A stretch of DNA of 64,000 nt from Hemiscyllium ocellatum (GCF_020745735.1 NC_083412.1:34413181-34477180), one strand, 5' to 3'. Shown: positions 38,155-50,900, counted from the first letter of the stretch. Numbers and translations are program-made. The notes: generated by a model not told the origin, from the letters alone.

Positions 38155-39739
38155 AAACACTGGTTTAGGATAATACTTCCACCACAACCGTAATAAGGAA
38201 TGAGTTAAACATTGGTCAATGATTTTTGATTATATCACTGTCCTGTTCGAATAGATTCTAAACTTCAAATACATCTTGATATATTAAAACTGAACACAAA
38301 AGTTGGTCATCCAAGAGTCACCTGACATCATTTGTGCACTGAACTGACTTAGAAATAAAAAAAATCTAGACTGATGCTGAATCTATGTCTTTTCCTGAAG
38401 TTAAGAAAAAAGAATATTGGCAAATTAAATGGCTTATCCAAACATGACTGCCTCAACTTCTCCATGTGTCAAAACAGAACAAAATGGGATGGTTTGTAAT
38501 TGTTAGTTCAATCCCATGTTTGGAAACAAAAGATTTTGAACACATGGAAGTGATACAACGAGGGAACAATTTTGTTGTCTGCTTTTAATAGGAGCTATAA
38601 ACAGAATTTGTAAACAGAGTTGCATCGAAAGAAGTAAACCAAGCCAGAAGGTAATAATCAACAATACCTTGAAAGTGGGAGATCCTAGCAGAGCGAAGGA
38701 CTGCTTCCAGACTATTGCAATTGAAGTTCATCTGAGATCCATCCTCATGGAAATTCAACTACAAGAAGTTTCGTATCTAACTAAGAATTCCTTGTTTGAA
38801 CAGATCTGCACTTCAACTTTAAAGCTTCAATATCATCTAAGAAACTACCTTAGGAAAACAAAAAATTATATGCTGCAATTATAGTTTACCTTGATCAGTA
38901 TGTAATCTGTTTGTGTGCGTGTGTAAATGCACATGCCAAGTGACTGAAATTACAGAAACACAGAATTATTACCGTGTAGAAGGAGGCCATTCAGTCTATT
39001 GTGCCTTCACCAGCTCTATTACCTACTGCCAATCTCTGCCTTTTCCCCATATCTTTGCAAAGTATTATATCCAAAAAAATCCAATACCCTCCTGCTTCAA
39101 TTACCTTTCCAGGCAGTACATTCCATACCCTAAAAACTCACTGTCTGAAAGAGTTTTATCGCACATTATCCTTGCTTCGTTTGCAAATCACTTTAAATCC
39201 ATACCCTTTCCTTCCTGTATTTTTTACAAGCTAAAACAGCTTCACCCTACCTACTCTGTCCAGCTTACTCATGATTTTGAAAACCTCAATCAAATCTACT
39301 TTCAGCTTTCCTCTCTCCCAAGAGGTACACCACGTTATTTTCAGGATAAGAAGTAACTTATCTTAAAACTTGCAATTAAATTATTCATCTGAAAGCATTT
39401 TGTAACACTCAGATGGAGGACAAGGAAGCACATCCCTCTTACGTATATACAAACATCCTGATTATCAACAGTAAAAGGGAACAGATAAAATTCTGTCTGT
39501 AAAAACAGTCATGTTATTGATTCAGTTGACCTGAATGTTCTCTCTGCATAAAACAGAGCATGAGCACAAAAACAGCAAAAACAAAAGCAGAATCTCTTAC
39601 TTCATTATTATCCTCTACAAGTATTTTGTGATACACAGTCACAAACAGAATTTTGCAGATCAGTTTACAAAGGCAATTTCCCCAACAATGTCTTGAAGTA
39701 CAAAAATGAGCTTCTGTGGAAAATGTCAGCAAAACATAC

Positions 39740-39943
39740 TTTTAATTTTGTTGTTGCATCTCGTTTTGACATTTTGCGTAGAACCAATCGAAAGTCAGCA
39801 TCTACCAAACTATCCACTTCTTCAAATCCTTGGACTGCAGGAACATAACCCAGTTCATTCTGGTTGGCTCCAAACCCAGTAAAGCCTGGAACTGTTCCCT
39901 TGTCTTTAGCCAGCAGCTCAGCTGCTTTACCACTGCTTGATGG
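39740..39943 (-). CDS. LTN1: LTN1 exon 2
   Basis: ttgcAG/GTatgt boundaries, 204 nt, [21 protein letters not shown]...[21 protein letters not shown]; inside ORF 39665..39970. Confidence 0.96.
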
Positions 39944-41611
39944 CTGCAAAACAAAAACAAAGCATCTCAAAGTAACTTATGCTAACTTCCTTGGAAGTCA
40001 AATGAGGTCTGCATGATTTTTGATTTTGACAGCTGGAGAACATTTTTAAAAAAATGTTGTATTGGAACAATAACAATTACTAAAATTGTCAATGGTTACG
40101 TTAGTGGCAATTAGCCTCAGAAGCATTTTTCACAAGGGTACATTTCAGACAATTCAGTCTTCAACTGCTGCACTGATTAAGATCCCAATCTGAAATTCTG
40201 TAAATGTAGGATACAATTTCTCCGAAGAGTAGAGAAAAGGAGGGCTACTACTAAACTGAAGGTTTGTACCGTCCAAACAAAATGGACAATTTTAATATAA
40301 ACCATCCTCAAATAAATGGACTGTAGTGCTGACACATTTTGGAACTTTCCAGCACAAAAGTGTTAAGCATCCCGAAAACTTGTGCGCTTTGGAAGCAGAA
40401 AATGGTAAAGAAATCAGCAGGAAATAATTATGTCCGTCATGAGATATGGATAATGTGGAAGATTTCAAGACAGAAAACAGGGACACTGATAAACAAAAAG
40501 ATACTGTATTGTTCCACTACCATTTTCTAGTTTTTGTGCATTACACCCATAAGATCTATATATAGCAATTATGCGGAAGGTACCTAACCAATTTTATTTC
40601 TGTGCAATTCTTCAGCAGAACCCAAGCATTGTCATTAATAGCAGACAACTTCTATTGCAGCACAGGGTAGTGTGGATGTGCAGGCTTGGCAAACATCAGG
40701 AATACTGGAATAAAATGTAAATGTAAAATAAAAACTAGAAGTGCTGGAGAAACTCAGCTGGTCTGACAGCATCTGTTGATGCTGAACACAGTTAATGTTT
40801 TTTCAAGTCCTGGATGACTCTTATTCTAAATTGGAGAGGGCTGGAAATGTGTTTTTAAAAAAATAAATGGTCTGCACAAAGTGGGAGGAAGAGGTGGTGG
40901 GGGTGCCCAGAGCAAAAGGCAAAAGGAGTGCTAATAGTAGCAGAGGAGTGATATTTATGAAGGATAGTTGTTCAAAGTATTAATGGTAGGCGTTAAAAGA
41001 AGAAAATCAATCAGTTCTACTGAAAGTAAACAAGACAGTGAGAGGTGGAGGGCAGGGGGTGTTATGGCGGTAGGAGGGTAATCAAAATAAAGAATGGTGT
41101 TTATGCTCTGAACCTGTTCAGCTCAACATTGAATTCTCAAGCTATAAAGTGCTTCAGCTCAAAATCAGGCATTCCTCCAGCTTATATCAGACTTCATTGG
41201 AACAGTGTAGGAGACCTGGCACAGAAACGTTTGCATCAGATGAAGACTGAAGACGCTGCCTCAATATCTCTGCTCTTCTACCCAACCCTGTCAAACTGTG
41301 CTCAAGCCCTAAAATTATTGAATTTGATATTAAGTCCAGATGGATGCAGGGTTCCCAAGCAGAAACTTAGGTGTTGTTCTTCCAGCTTGCACTGAACATC
41401 ACTGGAGCACTGCAACGAGCCTAAGATAAAGATGTTAGCCAAAGAACATGGTGATGTGTTGAAGTGGCAAGCAATCGTAAGCTCAGGGTCTTGTTTGCAG
41501 ACAGAATGTAGGTGTTCAGTGAAGCAGTCTGTGCTTCATTTCCCCTATTTAGAGGAGACCACATTGTGAGCTGCAAATGCAGTCGAGTAGAATCTAGTCT
41601 AGAATCTCCAC

Positions 41612-41740
41612 AGGAGAAAGTGAGGACTGCAGATGCTGGAGATCAGAGCTGGAAATGTGTTGCTGGAAAAGCGCAACAGGTCAGGCAGCATCCAAGTAGC
41701 AGGAGAATCGACGTTTCGGGCATGAGCCCTTCTTCAGGAG
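41612..41740 (-). mobile_element. Short hammerhead-bearing element, copy 2 (intact catalytic core)
   Basis: Minus strand reads CTGAAGA-AGGGC-TCAT-GCCC-GAAA-CGTC-GATTC; body colinear with the other copies. Confidence 0.8.
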
Positions 41741-42688
41741 CCCCCCACCCCCCACCAGGATGCCACTCAACACTGACCTCCAGGCAGAATACTTTCCAAC
41801 TACAACCACTCTCCGCCTTCTGTCAGCCGACCAATTCCGAATCCAGATAGCCAAACCTACCTGTATCCCACACCTCCTGATTTTATCAATGAGCCTACCA
41901 TGGGGAACCTAATCAAATGCCTTGCTGAAGTCCATATTCACCACATCTACTACACCACCTTTGTCAACCTATCTTGTCACCTCTTCAAAAAGTAAAGGAT
42001 TCCTCTGTTTTTTTCTGAAATCTCTCTCTAGCTGTTATTCCCTTCTGCTTGTAGGAATCTGTGTTTGAATTTACATTTTTTGCCAAAGGGTGTGTTGATG
42101 AGATGTTATTGTATTGGAACAGTTAATTAGTAATAGTTACAGTATCAAGTCGATATGTTTTCCGATAGTAAAGTTATTCTAAATTACACTTTTTTTGTTT
42201 GTGTTTCAACTATCGTGTTTAAATAAATTGTTTATCTTAAAACAGTGTGATCTGACCAGCTGCATCACACCAGAAACACCCACTCCACATCTGCCTTTAA
42301 AATAAGAAAACATTGGGGTCTAGACTACCTTCTTGAAATATGTTGAGGTTGTCTGGCCTGGTCCATAACACAATCAACATCTTTCCTCTAATGTGTTGAC
42401 CAGAACTGTACACAATATTCCAGTTGTAGCCTAATCAACATGTTAACAGCTCCAGCATTATATGTTTGCACTTGCATTCCTGCTTTGGCTAATAAACGTA
42501 AGTATCCCATATGCCTTCTGAACCAACTTAACAAGCTGCTCAATACCTTCAAGAATCTTGCTATATGCACATTGCAGTCTCTCGGATCTTCGGGATCTTC
42601 ACAGGGTCCTTTCATTGACCACAGTGCAATTTCTCCTTTAACTCAGTTCATTTTTCTCCAAGTCAAAGGTTGGGTATATATATTGATC

Positions 42689-42825
42689 GAGGAGAAAGTG
42701 AGGTCTGCAGATGCTGGAGATCAGAGCCGAAAACGTGCCGCTAGAAAAGCGCAGCAGGCCAGGCAGCATCCAAGGAACAGGAAACCCGACGCCCCGGGCA
42801 TAAGCCCTTCATCAGGAAGGGTTTC
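42689..42825 (-). mobile_element. Short hammerhead-bearing element, copy 3 (A-to-G hypermutated)
   Basis: 13 bp TSD ATATATATTGATC at 42676-42688 and 42826-42838; CTGATGA retained, GAAA changed to GGGG. Confidence 0.8.
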
Positions 42826-43339
42826 ATATATATTGATCCCAGTTATGTCTGTCATTTTGAGGGGTATGCGGAATATGCTCCAGTCCTACACAGACAGCCC
42901 TCTCCCAAATCTTTCTCCAGTCCATTGATTTGCTTGCTGGACTTGTCCGGAATTGGGAAAAAACATCAAAATTTTGTTTTCAAGTTCCAACCTTTTCTCA
43001 CCCCTACTTGGTCCCTCCGACTCTTCTTCCATTCTGTCAAGTCTGTTTTCTTTTCTGGGGACAGACTGTCTACCAATAGTCATTACAATTCCACCAACAT
43101 GCACAACCACCTTAACTATACTTTCTCACACCCAGCTCTCCTTTTACTTTAAATCTATGGCATCTGGTTATTGATTCTTCCACTTATAGAAGAAGTGCTT
43201 GCCCATCCACTGTTTTTCATTCTCTCAGTTTCTCCAACTCATCTATTATGACACCTTCCACAGGAGTACTTGTCATGTTTTTCTTTTCCCTCAACGAGGA
43301 TTCACTTTATCACCATGGCTGACAAGACCTTCAGCTGTG

Positions 43340-43900
43340 TGTTATGACATGGGGTAAAGTCTGCTACTTTAAACTCGACATACAGAGAAGCTCACCTCAT
43401 GTCATAATCTGTTAAATTTCAAGAGGCAAAAAACTATCCCAGTTTTCACTATTTAAAGTGAAAAATTAACAATTCTATTCTTTAAGTCCAACAGGGAATA
43501 TTAAAACTTCTTTCTCTTGAACCTATCTTTTACCTCCCAGTCTACAATACTGGTCCAATTAAAAATAAACCTGATTAAGATTTACAAAAAATAAATCACG
43601 TTTCAAAACCAGTCAGCTTTGTCAATTTTTCGCTGTAGATTTTCCTGGGTCATCTCTTCGATCTTTTGCTGCACAAGTTTTGTTGTGGACAGGTACCTTT
43701 TAGAGAGAACTGTTCAAAATGCCCAATTTTATACCCAAAAACATTGGATCATTTCAATGGTTTGATGTCATCAAACACTAACTTCAAATTTGATTGGATT
43801 TTGGTACCTGGGGCATAATTTAAATTGATTGGTCGGATTTGAATTTGTTTTTATTCCATGGCAATGCAACTCCAGCTACTTGTTTCAATCACGTGTTACA
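43340..43900. mobile_element. Possible solo LTR
   Basis: TGTTATGAC...GTGTTACA (TG...CA) termini; no TSD recognised. Confidence 0.3.
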
Positions 43901-43944
43901 TTTTTACTTTGTTCAGCACTCTGTGCTGTCAGTCAGTACTTGCC

Positions 43945-44259
43945 GGATGGCACAGTGGCTAGCACTGCTACCCCACAGCACCAGACACCCGGGTTCAATT
44001 CCTGCCTCGGACGACAGTCTTTGTGGAGTTTGCAGATTCTCCTTGTGTCTGTGTGGGTTTCTTCCGGGTGTTCCGGTTTCCTCCCACAGTCCAAAGATGC
44101 GCAGGTCAGGTGAACTGGCCATGCTAAGTTGCCCATAGTGTTAGGGGCATTAGTCAGGGATAAATGTGGGGAATGGATCTGGGTGGGTTGCTCTTCGGAG
44201 GGTCAGTGTGGATTTGTTGGGACAAAGGGCCTGTTTCCATACTGTAGGAAATCTAATCT
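43945..44259 (+). mobile_element. tRNA-derived SINE (HE1-like)
   Basis: Box B GGTTCAATTCC, shared body, AATCTAATCT tail. Confidence 0.85.
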
Positions 44260-45017
44260 TGCTAGCTTCCTCTCTTTCTCTCTCTCAAAGGTACAGTACA
44301 CACCTATACTTTCATGTGTCAGATCCCTTTGATGAGGCATGCTCTACATTGGCGGGATCAAACACAAATTGGGTTCCCACTTCATGGAACACCTTTGCAC
44401 TGTCCATAAGAATCTCACCGAACTTCCAGCTGCTAGTCATTTCAATGCATCTTTTTTGCTCTCAGGCGAACATGGAGTGTCGGAGGCTGAGGGGTGACCT
44501 TAAAGGGTTTAGAGGGATATGGGTCTAATGCTGGCAAATGGGACTAAATTAGGTTAGGATAGCTGGTCAGCATGGACGAGTTGAACTAAAGGGTCTATTT
44601 CCATGCTGTACAACTCTATGACTATGTCTGCTATAGACTTGCTGAAATGTTCTAGCAACATCCAATACAAACTGGCAGACAACATTTCATTTTTCACTGA
44701 GGCAGTTTATAGCCTTCAGGTCACAACACTGACTTTCACAACTTCAGTGCCTCTAAAAGCATTTCTCTCCCCCCCCCACACCCCATATTTGAAAGCTGAC
44801 AATAGTAGTGTTAGATGCTGCCTAGTGCAATGAACACAAAGCCAAGCCTGACACTCAATGCAAAGGCAGAGGTGTAGCCCTCTTAGGTGAATGTAAACAA
44901 TTCTCCAGCAAGGAAGTCCTGTGCAGTAAACAAAAACAGAAATTGGCAGATCTAGCAGCATGAATGGGGCGGGCGGGGCAGAGAAGCACAGTGAATGTTT
45001 CGTGTCCAGTGACTCCA

Positions 45018-45140
45018 TTTCTGAAGTAGGGTCACAGGATCTGAAACTCTGCTTTCTTTCCACATATGTTGCCAAACCTGCTGAGTTTCTCCTGCAAATT
45101 TGTTTTTGTTTCCGATCTCCAGCATCCGCAGTTCGTGTTT
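45018..45140 (+). mobile_element. Older related hammerhead-type short element
   Basis: CTGAAGtA-GGGTC...GATCT-GAAAC, then CCTGCTGAGTTTCTCC...CAGCATCCGCAG. Related decayed copies at about 40730-40830 and 59333-59505. Confidence 0.5.
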
Positions 45141-45499
45141 GATTTTAGCCCTTCTGGAGTCCTGGCAGGTATTCATCCTCCGTAACATTAAAAAGCTCGT
45201 TATCAAATTAGTAATGGGGGATGGGGGGGGGAATTGCTGTTGTGCACAATTTGCAGTATAAGTTTGCTACATGAAAACAGTGACTACACTTTTGCAACGC
45301 TTGTTAATGCGCGGTGGGGACATCTCGAGATCGTAAAAGCGCCAAGTTAAGAGATAAAATCTTTCCTTGAAGCACAGAACTTGAGAAGTGGCTAAAGAGA
45401 TAAGGAAGGGGAAAAAAAAAGCAGGGACAGGAAGGAGGTCGTAGCACAGGCAGCATGATGCGGCCGAGTATCCTGCTTATATGCGTTTGTCAAAGTGTG

Positions 45500-45870
45500 C
45501 ATTATCTCAGGAAGAGCGGTTGAGTTTCCGGGGGAGCCCGGTCCCGAGCAGCAAGAGACAACACCCCAACCCAGCGGCCCGCCTGCCGGCCGCGAATGAC
45601 ACTCACTCTCTTACCCGCACATTGCCTTTCGTTCGCTGCTTGTTTCTCCCACCCATCGCGCGCGCTCCACTCTCCGGCTCGCTGCACTTCCGTTACTTTC
45701 AAATGGCCACGACATTCCACATTCCGCTCTCACTGCGCTTGCTCCGAAGCAACCCGTGTGCTCTCCTCTTGAACCGACCGGCCAGAAACAACAACCCCAG
45801 GGACCTGTGCCTAAACCTCAGCTGGTGTCACGTCGCAAAGTCTTCATGTGCAACAGGCACGGCGGTATTT
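45500..45870 (-). promoter_or_regulatory. LTN1: LTN1 CpG-rich promoter / 5' UTR
   Basis: Local CpG enrichment around exon 1; ETS-type CACTTCCG at about 45685 and YY1-like AAATGGC at about 45701; no obvious TATA box. Confidence 0.7.
45615..45656 (-). CDS. LTN1: LTN1 exon 1 (coding part), MGGRNKQRTKGNVR
   Basis: ATG at 45656, 42 nt, followed by GTAAG donor. Peptide matches the conserved listerin N-terminus (human MGGKNKQRTKGNLR). Lies in a CpG-rich island. Confidence 0.96.
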
Positions 45871-46341
45871 TGCAATGGTGGATTGAGTTGGAGGTTGGGA
45901 GTGGCTAGAAGGGTGCAAAGTCTGGGGGAAATCTTGATGTATTACTGGGTATTTCGATTTTTTTTTGTCCCTGTTTTGGCATAGTTTCCACCTTCCTAAA
46001 TCCCAGTGTGATCCTTATTTCATTATTTCACAATGAATTTGCAAGCTTGTGGATTTACGAATGCACAACTTGCACAGATAGCATGATTAACGTTGGCAAA
46101 ACATCTGAAGTGCTTAATGGAAACAAAATCAGCCAAACCAGCGGGGTGTTAGGACAGTGTCTCAAAACCTGGTCAAAGATGCACAGGCTTGAGAAAGATG
46201 GAGCATTTTTAATCCAGAGTTCACTTTAGGAATTCCAGAATTTTTCTCCCCATTTAATGAAGGCATGTATGGTCGCTCGTATTAGAAGGTGCTTGAGACG
46301 GCAGAGTTGGGGCAATGGAGAGTTGTGGAAAAATTGTGTGA

Positions 46342-46862
46342 CATAGAACAGTACAGCACAGAACAGGCCCTTCAGCCCACGATGTTGGGCCGACCACTGA
46401 TCCTCATGTAAAGTAAACCTAATGTTATGAACCCTCAAATTTCTGTGATAATATGCATATCCAGCAGTCTCTTAAATATCGAGTAAAAGGTGAGGTCTGT
46501 AGATGCTGGAGATCATCTGACTCCTAATGAAGGGCTCTGCCCCGAAACGTCGAATTTCCTGTTCCTTGGATGCTGCCTGACCTGCTGTGCTTTAACCAGC
46601 AACACATTTTTGTCTCTTAAATATCCCCAATAACCTAGCTTCCACAACTGCTGCTGGCAACGCATTCCATGCTCTAACAACTCTCTGCGTAAAGAACCCG
46701 CTTCTGACATCCCCTCTATACCTTCCGCAGAATAGCTTAAAACTATGACCCCTCGTGTTAACAATTTCTGTCCTGGGAAAAAGTCTCTGGCGATCGACTC
46801 TATCTATGCCTCTCATTATCTTGTACACCTCAATTAGGTCCCCTCTCTTCCTTTTTTCCAAT
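46342..46862 (-). mobile_element. CR1-clade LINE 3' fragment (second family)
   Basis: RGDLIEVYKIMRGIDRVD...TRGH...FFTQRVVRAWNALP; interrupted by 46481-46611. Confidence 0.8.
46481..46611. mobile_element. Short hammerhead-bearing element, copy 4 (internally inverted), nested in a CR1 fragment
   Basis: 14 bp TSD GTCTCTTAAATATC at 46467-46480 and 46612-46625; CTAATGA-AGGG...CCC-GAAACGTC-GAAT on the plus strand. Confidence 0.8.
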
Positions 46863-47364
46863 GACCTTTCGAAGTTTTACAGATATAGGGACCATGAAGA
46901 AATTTGGACATGATGATAACAATTTTCAATTTGTTTTGGGAAATTAATGTAGGTCTCAAAGTAATATGTATTCGGTGTATGGAAGGGAACCGACAGCAGT
47001 GTTTCAGACGAGTTGAGGTTTTTATGGATGGTGGTGGATGTAAAGGTGATTGGGAGAATGTCATATTATTGGAGTCTGAAGATAGCGTCAGGAGATGATG
47101 GGTTGTGACAGGTGATGTTATGAACGTGAAAATAGACATAGGAGAGAATAAGTTCAGGACTGGCGCAAGAGATAATTTTGAGGAAGGTTTAATATGAAAG
47201 GAACATGAGGGGAGCCAATAAAATGATGGTGAGGGTAAATTCTTAGCACTGGTAGGAGCTGTGCGATAGGACAATGTAAAAAGGATCTCAGAAAATGGTT
47301 TGTAGTAGTGAAAAGGAGCCAAAGATTATCTTGACTTTCCAGTAGGTTGTTAAGAATGTCACTT

Positions 47365-47920
47365 AGAATTAGAGTTGTATAGCAAGGAAACGGACCCTTC
47401 GGTCCAACTCGTCTACGCCAACCAGATATTCTACCTTAATCTAGTCCCATTTGCCAGCATTTGGTCCACATCCTTCTAAACCCTTCCTATTTAAATACCA
47501 ATTCTGATGCCTTTTAAATGTTATAATTGCACCTGCATCTAACGTCCTCTGGCAGCACATTCTTTATAAGCACCACCCTCTGTGTGAAAAAGTGCCCATT
47601 CTGTCCCTTTTAAATCTTTTCCCTCTCACTGAAAATCTATGCCCCTTAGTTTTGGACTCCCTACCCTGGGGTAAAGACTTTGACTATTCACCCAATCCTT
47701 GCCCCTTGTGGTTTTATAAAGTTCTGTAAGGTCAACCCTCATCTCCCAACGCTCTGAGGAAAATAGCCCCAGCCTATCCCTTTAGTTCAAGCTCTCCATC
47801 CCTGGCAACATCCTTGTAAGTCTTTTCTGAATCCTTTCAAGTTTAACAACATCTTTCCTATAACAGAGACCAGAATTGAACACAATATTCTCCAAGTGGC
47901 CTAACCAATGTCGTGTACAA
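47365..47920 (-). mobile_element. CR1-clade LINE 3' fragment
   Basis: More diverged copy of the same 3' end. Confidence 0.8.
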
Positions 47921-50900
47921 CTGTTTTGATAGGGAGCCTGAACTGATGATGTTTAATGGTAGATGCAGCAATGAGTGATAAACAGTTGTGCGTTAGATGT
48001 ACTGAAGTCCCTTTAAACATTAAGAAGCAACGATAAGATGTAATACAATGTGATTTAACAAGAGAAGGGTATTAAAATCAGAGAGAGTGGTTGAACACCT
48101 CAATAGCTGCTGATCTTTTGTGACAAAGGTCGATGTTTAACATTTAGGAGTTTAATTTGTTTTGCTACAAGTGATTAAGGGAAATTTTATTCCATAGCAG
48201 ACTGTATAAGAAATGATTTGGATAACATAGATGAATAGCAAGTGGCCTGAGTTGCAGTGTTTTATGTTGATCAGATTAAAATTTGCCATATTGCAGAAGT
48301 AATTATTAATTTGTGCTCGCTGTCTAAAATTGAAGATTAACAAACTTTTCTGAATTCTGATTCTCATCATAAACAAAGACAGAAAACTACCATGACTACA
48401 ATATGAAAAGATAATGGAGCTATCACATTAGCACACTGCGAAAATCTGATTAGCATATCCTTGCAGAACTAACCACTAAACATCAGATGTTATGACCTTC
48501 TTTCAAAGAAAATCTCTCCTCTCTTTAAGTATTTGATGCCTCATTAAGAATGCAATTCCAATTCTGTTTTCAGTTAATTACACATTTGAAGATACACTAA
48601 TGTGAATTTAAATTTACTTTCCTTTTATTTTACAATTTGTTTGTTCTGTTAGCTATCTTGTTACCTGTGGGAAAAAAAATCACTCTTTAACCACCACTTT
48701 ATCATGTCAAATAGGTCTCCTCTGCACTACCTCCAATTTCAATATGTATGAATGTGTCCCTTATGATATAATGACCAGAAAGGTGGATGCAGTCCTCAAA
48801 AGTGCAATCCAGCTAGAATGTAATGAGATGGAACACTAATTCTTCAGATTTTTTTTTGCTAAGTAATGTAGCATTCTGTTCTGGAAGGGCTTTGCATTAA
48901 TTGGACATGTTGAGAGTGGCTTGGTATCAGCTATAACTGTCTCAAGAGCATTCCTTGAAACATGGTTTACTTTACTTCCTTTGTGAAATATTTTGCTTAT
49001 TAAATTCTATTTGCCACGTTATTACTCCTTTCATTTGCCCAATTTATTCTGCAGTTTCTGAGCTAATGTCTCAGATTTTACTGCTTCTTGAAGTTGAGAT
49101 CCTCTCCACATTTGCCTACTTTATCATTTTCTGAATCTAGTTATTTGAATAAATTATCAATATTGGTCTCAGCTGTGAGGCCTGGAGCACACAATTAAAT
49201 TTGCCATAACCATCCCAAGCCTAACATAACTCCTTGAACTTACACACTTCAGTCATGGAATATTCTTCAAAAGAAGGCTTATTTCTAATATGTCAGGAGA
49301 CTAGCTCACAATGAATATATTTATTCTGAGCAAAAACAGAAATTAAGGGTATCTCCCTGTAGCTACTTTATTAAAATTGTTATAATTTATTTATAGTACA
49401 TGCAAGCTGCTTTTGTTTTTGTCTTTGTAATTAAAACTGGACACTTTTTTTGACTTTTTTTGCTTTTAAGTTCTTGGACGAATAGCATTGTGATTGAAGT
49501 GCTTATTGTAGCAGCGATGTCATCAATTCAAACAGCTATATTTACTCCCAAATTCTTTCCTTCCAGAATCCATCCATTACTGACAAAGACACTGAAAGCC
49601 ATGGCAAGGGAGTGAGATTTCATTATCATTTTTAAAACTATTTCCTACCTGGCTACTATACTATTAACAAACTGACCTGGTTGGCAGGAAAGCCAGGGAT
49701 GTTGGCATAAGAACACGTAAGAAAGATTTTGGAATAGTTATGGGGGAAAATTCAAAGCCTGACAATTGAGTAAAAAAGTCAAGTCACCACAGTGTGAGAA
49801 GACCACAGGGCTGCTCTTGTATTAGAGTCACTTGGTGTTGAGTTTAACCTGACAGTCACCACACCTCAAGCAAGGGGTGAGATTGAGGAGAGTCCTTCAT
49901 GGTAACCTCAGCCCGGACAGGAATTGAACCTACACTTTGGTATCATAAACAAGCCAACTGAGCTAACCCGCCCCCTGAATTTAGTTGATTAAGATCAGGA
50001 ATTGAAAGGGTGTTATGACAAGTAATTAGGAGGAGAAGAAAAGATAGATTAGGTAGGATGTTGGAAGCACACAACCAGCAAAGTCTAATGAAACAAGTTA
50101 TTCTTGAGAATGTGAAAAGAAAATTCAGCATCACTTTTATTACAAAAAATATCTATATAGAAACATAGAAATCTATGGCACAGAAATTTCTGGGAATACC
50201 TGTGGATTTTATATTGATGTTTCAGGAGGACATTCAGCCTAATGCCTCTAAACTAGCTGAAAAAGAATTATCTGGCCTTCTGATATTAAAGAGTTAATTT
50301 GCTCTGCTGACCTGCAGGAAATTGGATGTTCCGAGGCTAGGGTGGGATCCGTCTGACTTACAGATAGATTGTAAGGAATTATATTATCATCTTCTATTAT
50401 TCAGACCCATTTACATGGCCATTTCCTTGCCATTCAAAAACCTATTTATATTTTCATCCCCTATTCAGAAATCTGACTACTCCCAGTAGTTAAAGAAATA
50501 CATTTCACACCAGATCTGGCCACTAAAGGATAATTTGCATTACATTGTTTCTGGAGTTTATGTGTTTGCTGCATTGTGTCTTGAGTGGCATGTGACCGTG
50601 AGGGAGTGGCTGGGGATTGTCTTGTGAGCATTACTGACTGATGAAAAGATTCTGTATAAAGGAAGGACTGTTTCCTTTGCTCAGAGAGAACTTCCCAGGA
50701 CACACTTCGCAACCATGGTGAAGAGTGGTCAGGGTTTCTCCAAAGCTTGTATTGTACCATGCTTAATAAAATGTTCCTTGTTCACAGAAGTTGGTGTGTT
50801 GCAATTGCATCAAGTGTGTAAGAACCTCAGGAAAAAAAAGAACTTAACAGTCTAATACCACTTTGCAGCTCTTCATCTGTAGCCCTGTAAGTTATGAGAG

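Noticed and set aside
45481-45984. 167 aa plus-strand ORF across the LTN1 promoter
   Set aside because: Antisense to LTN1 exon 1 in GC-rich DNA; no recognisable protein.
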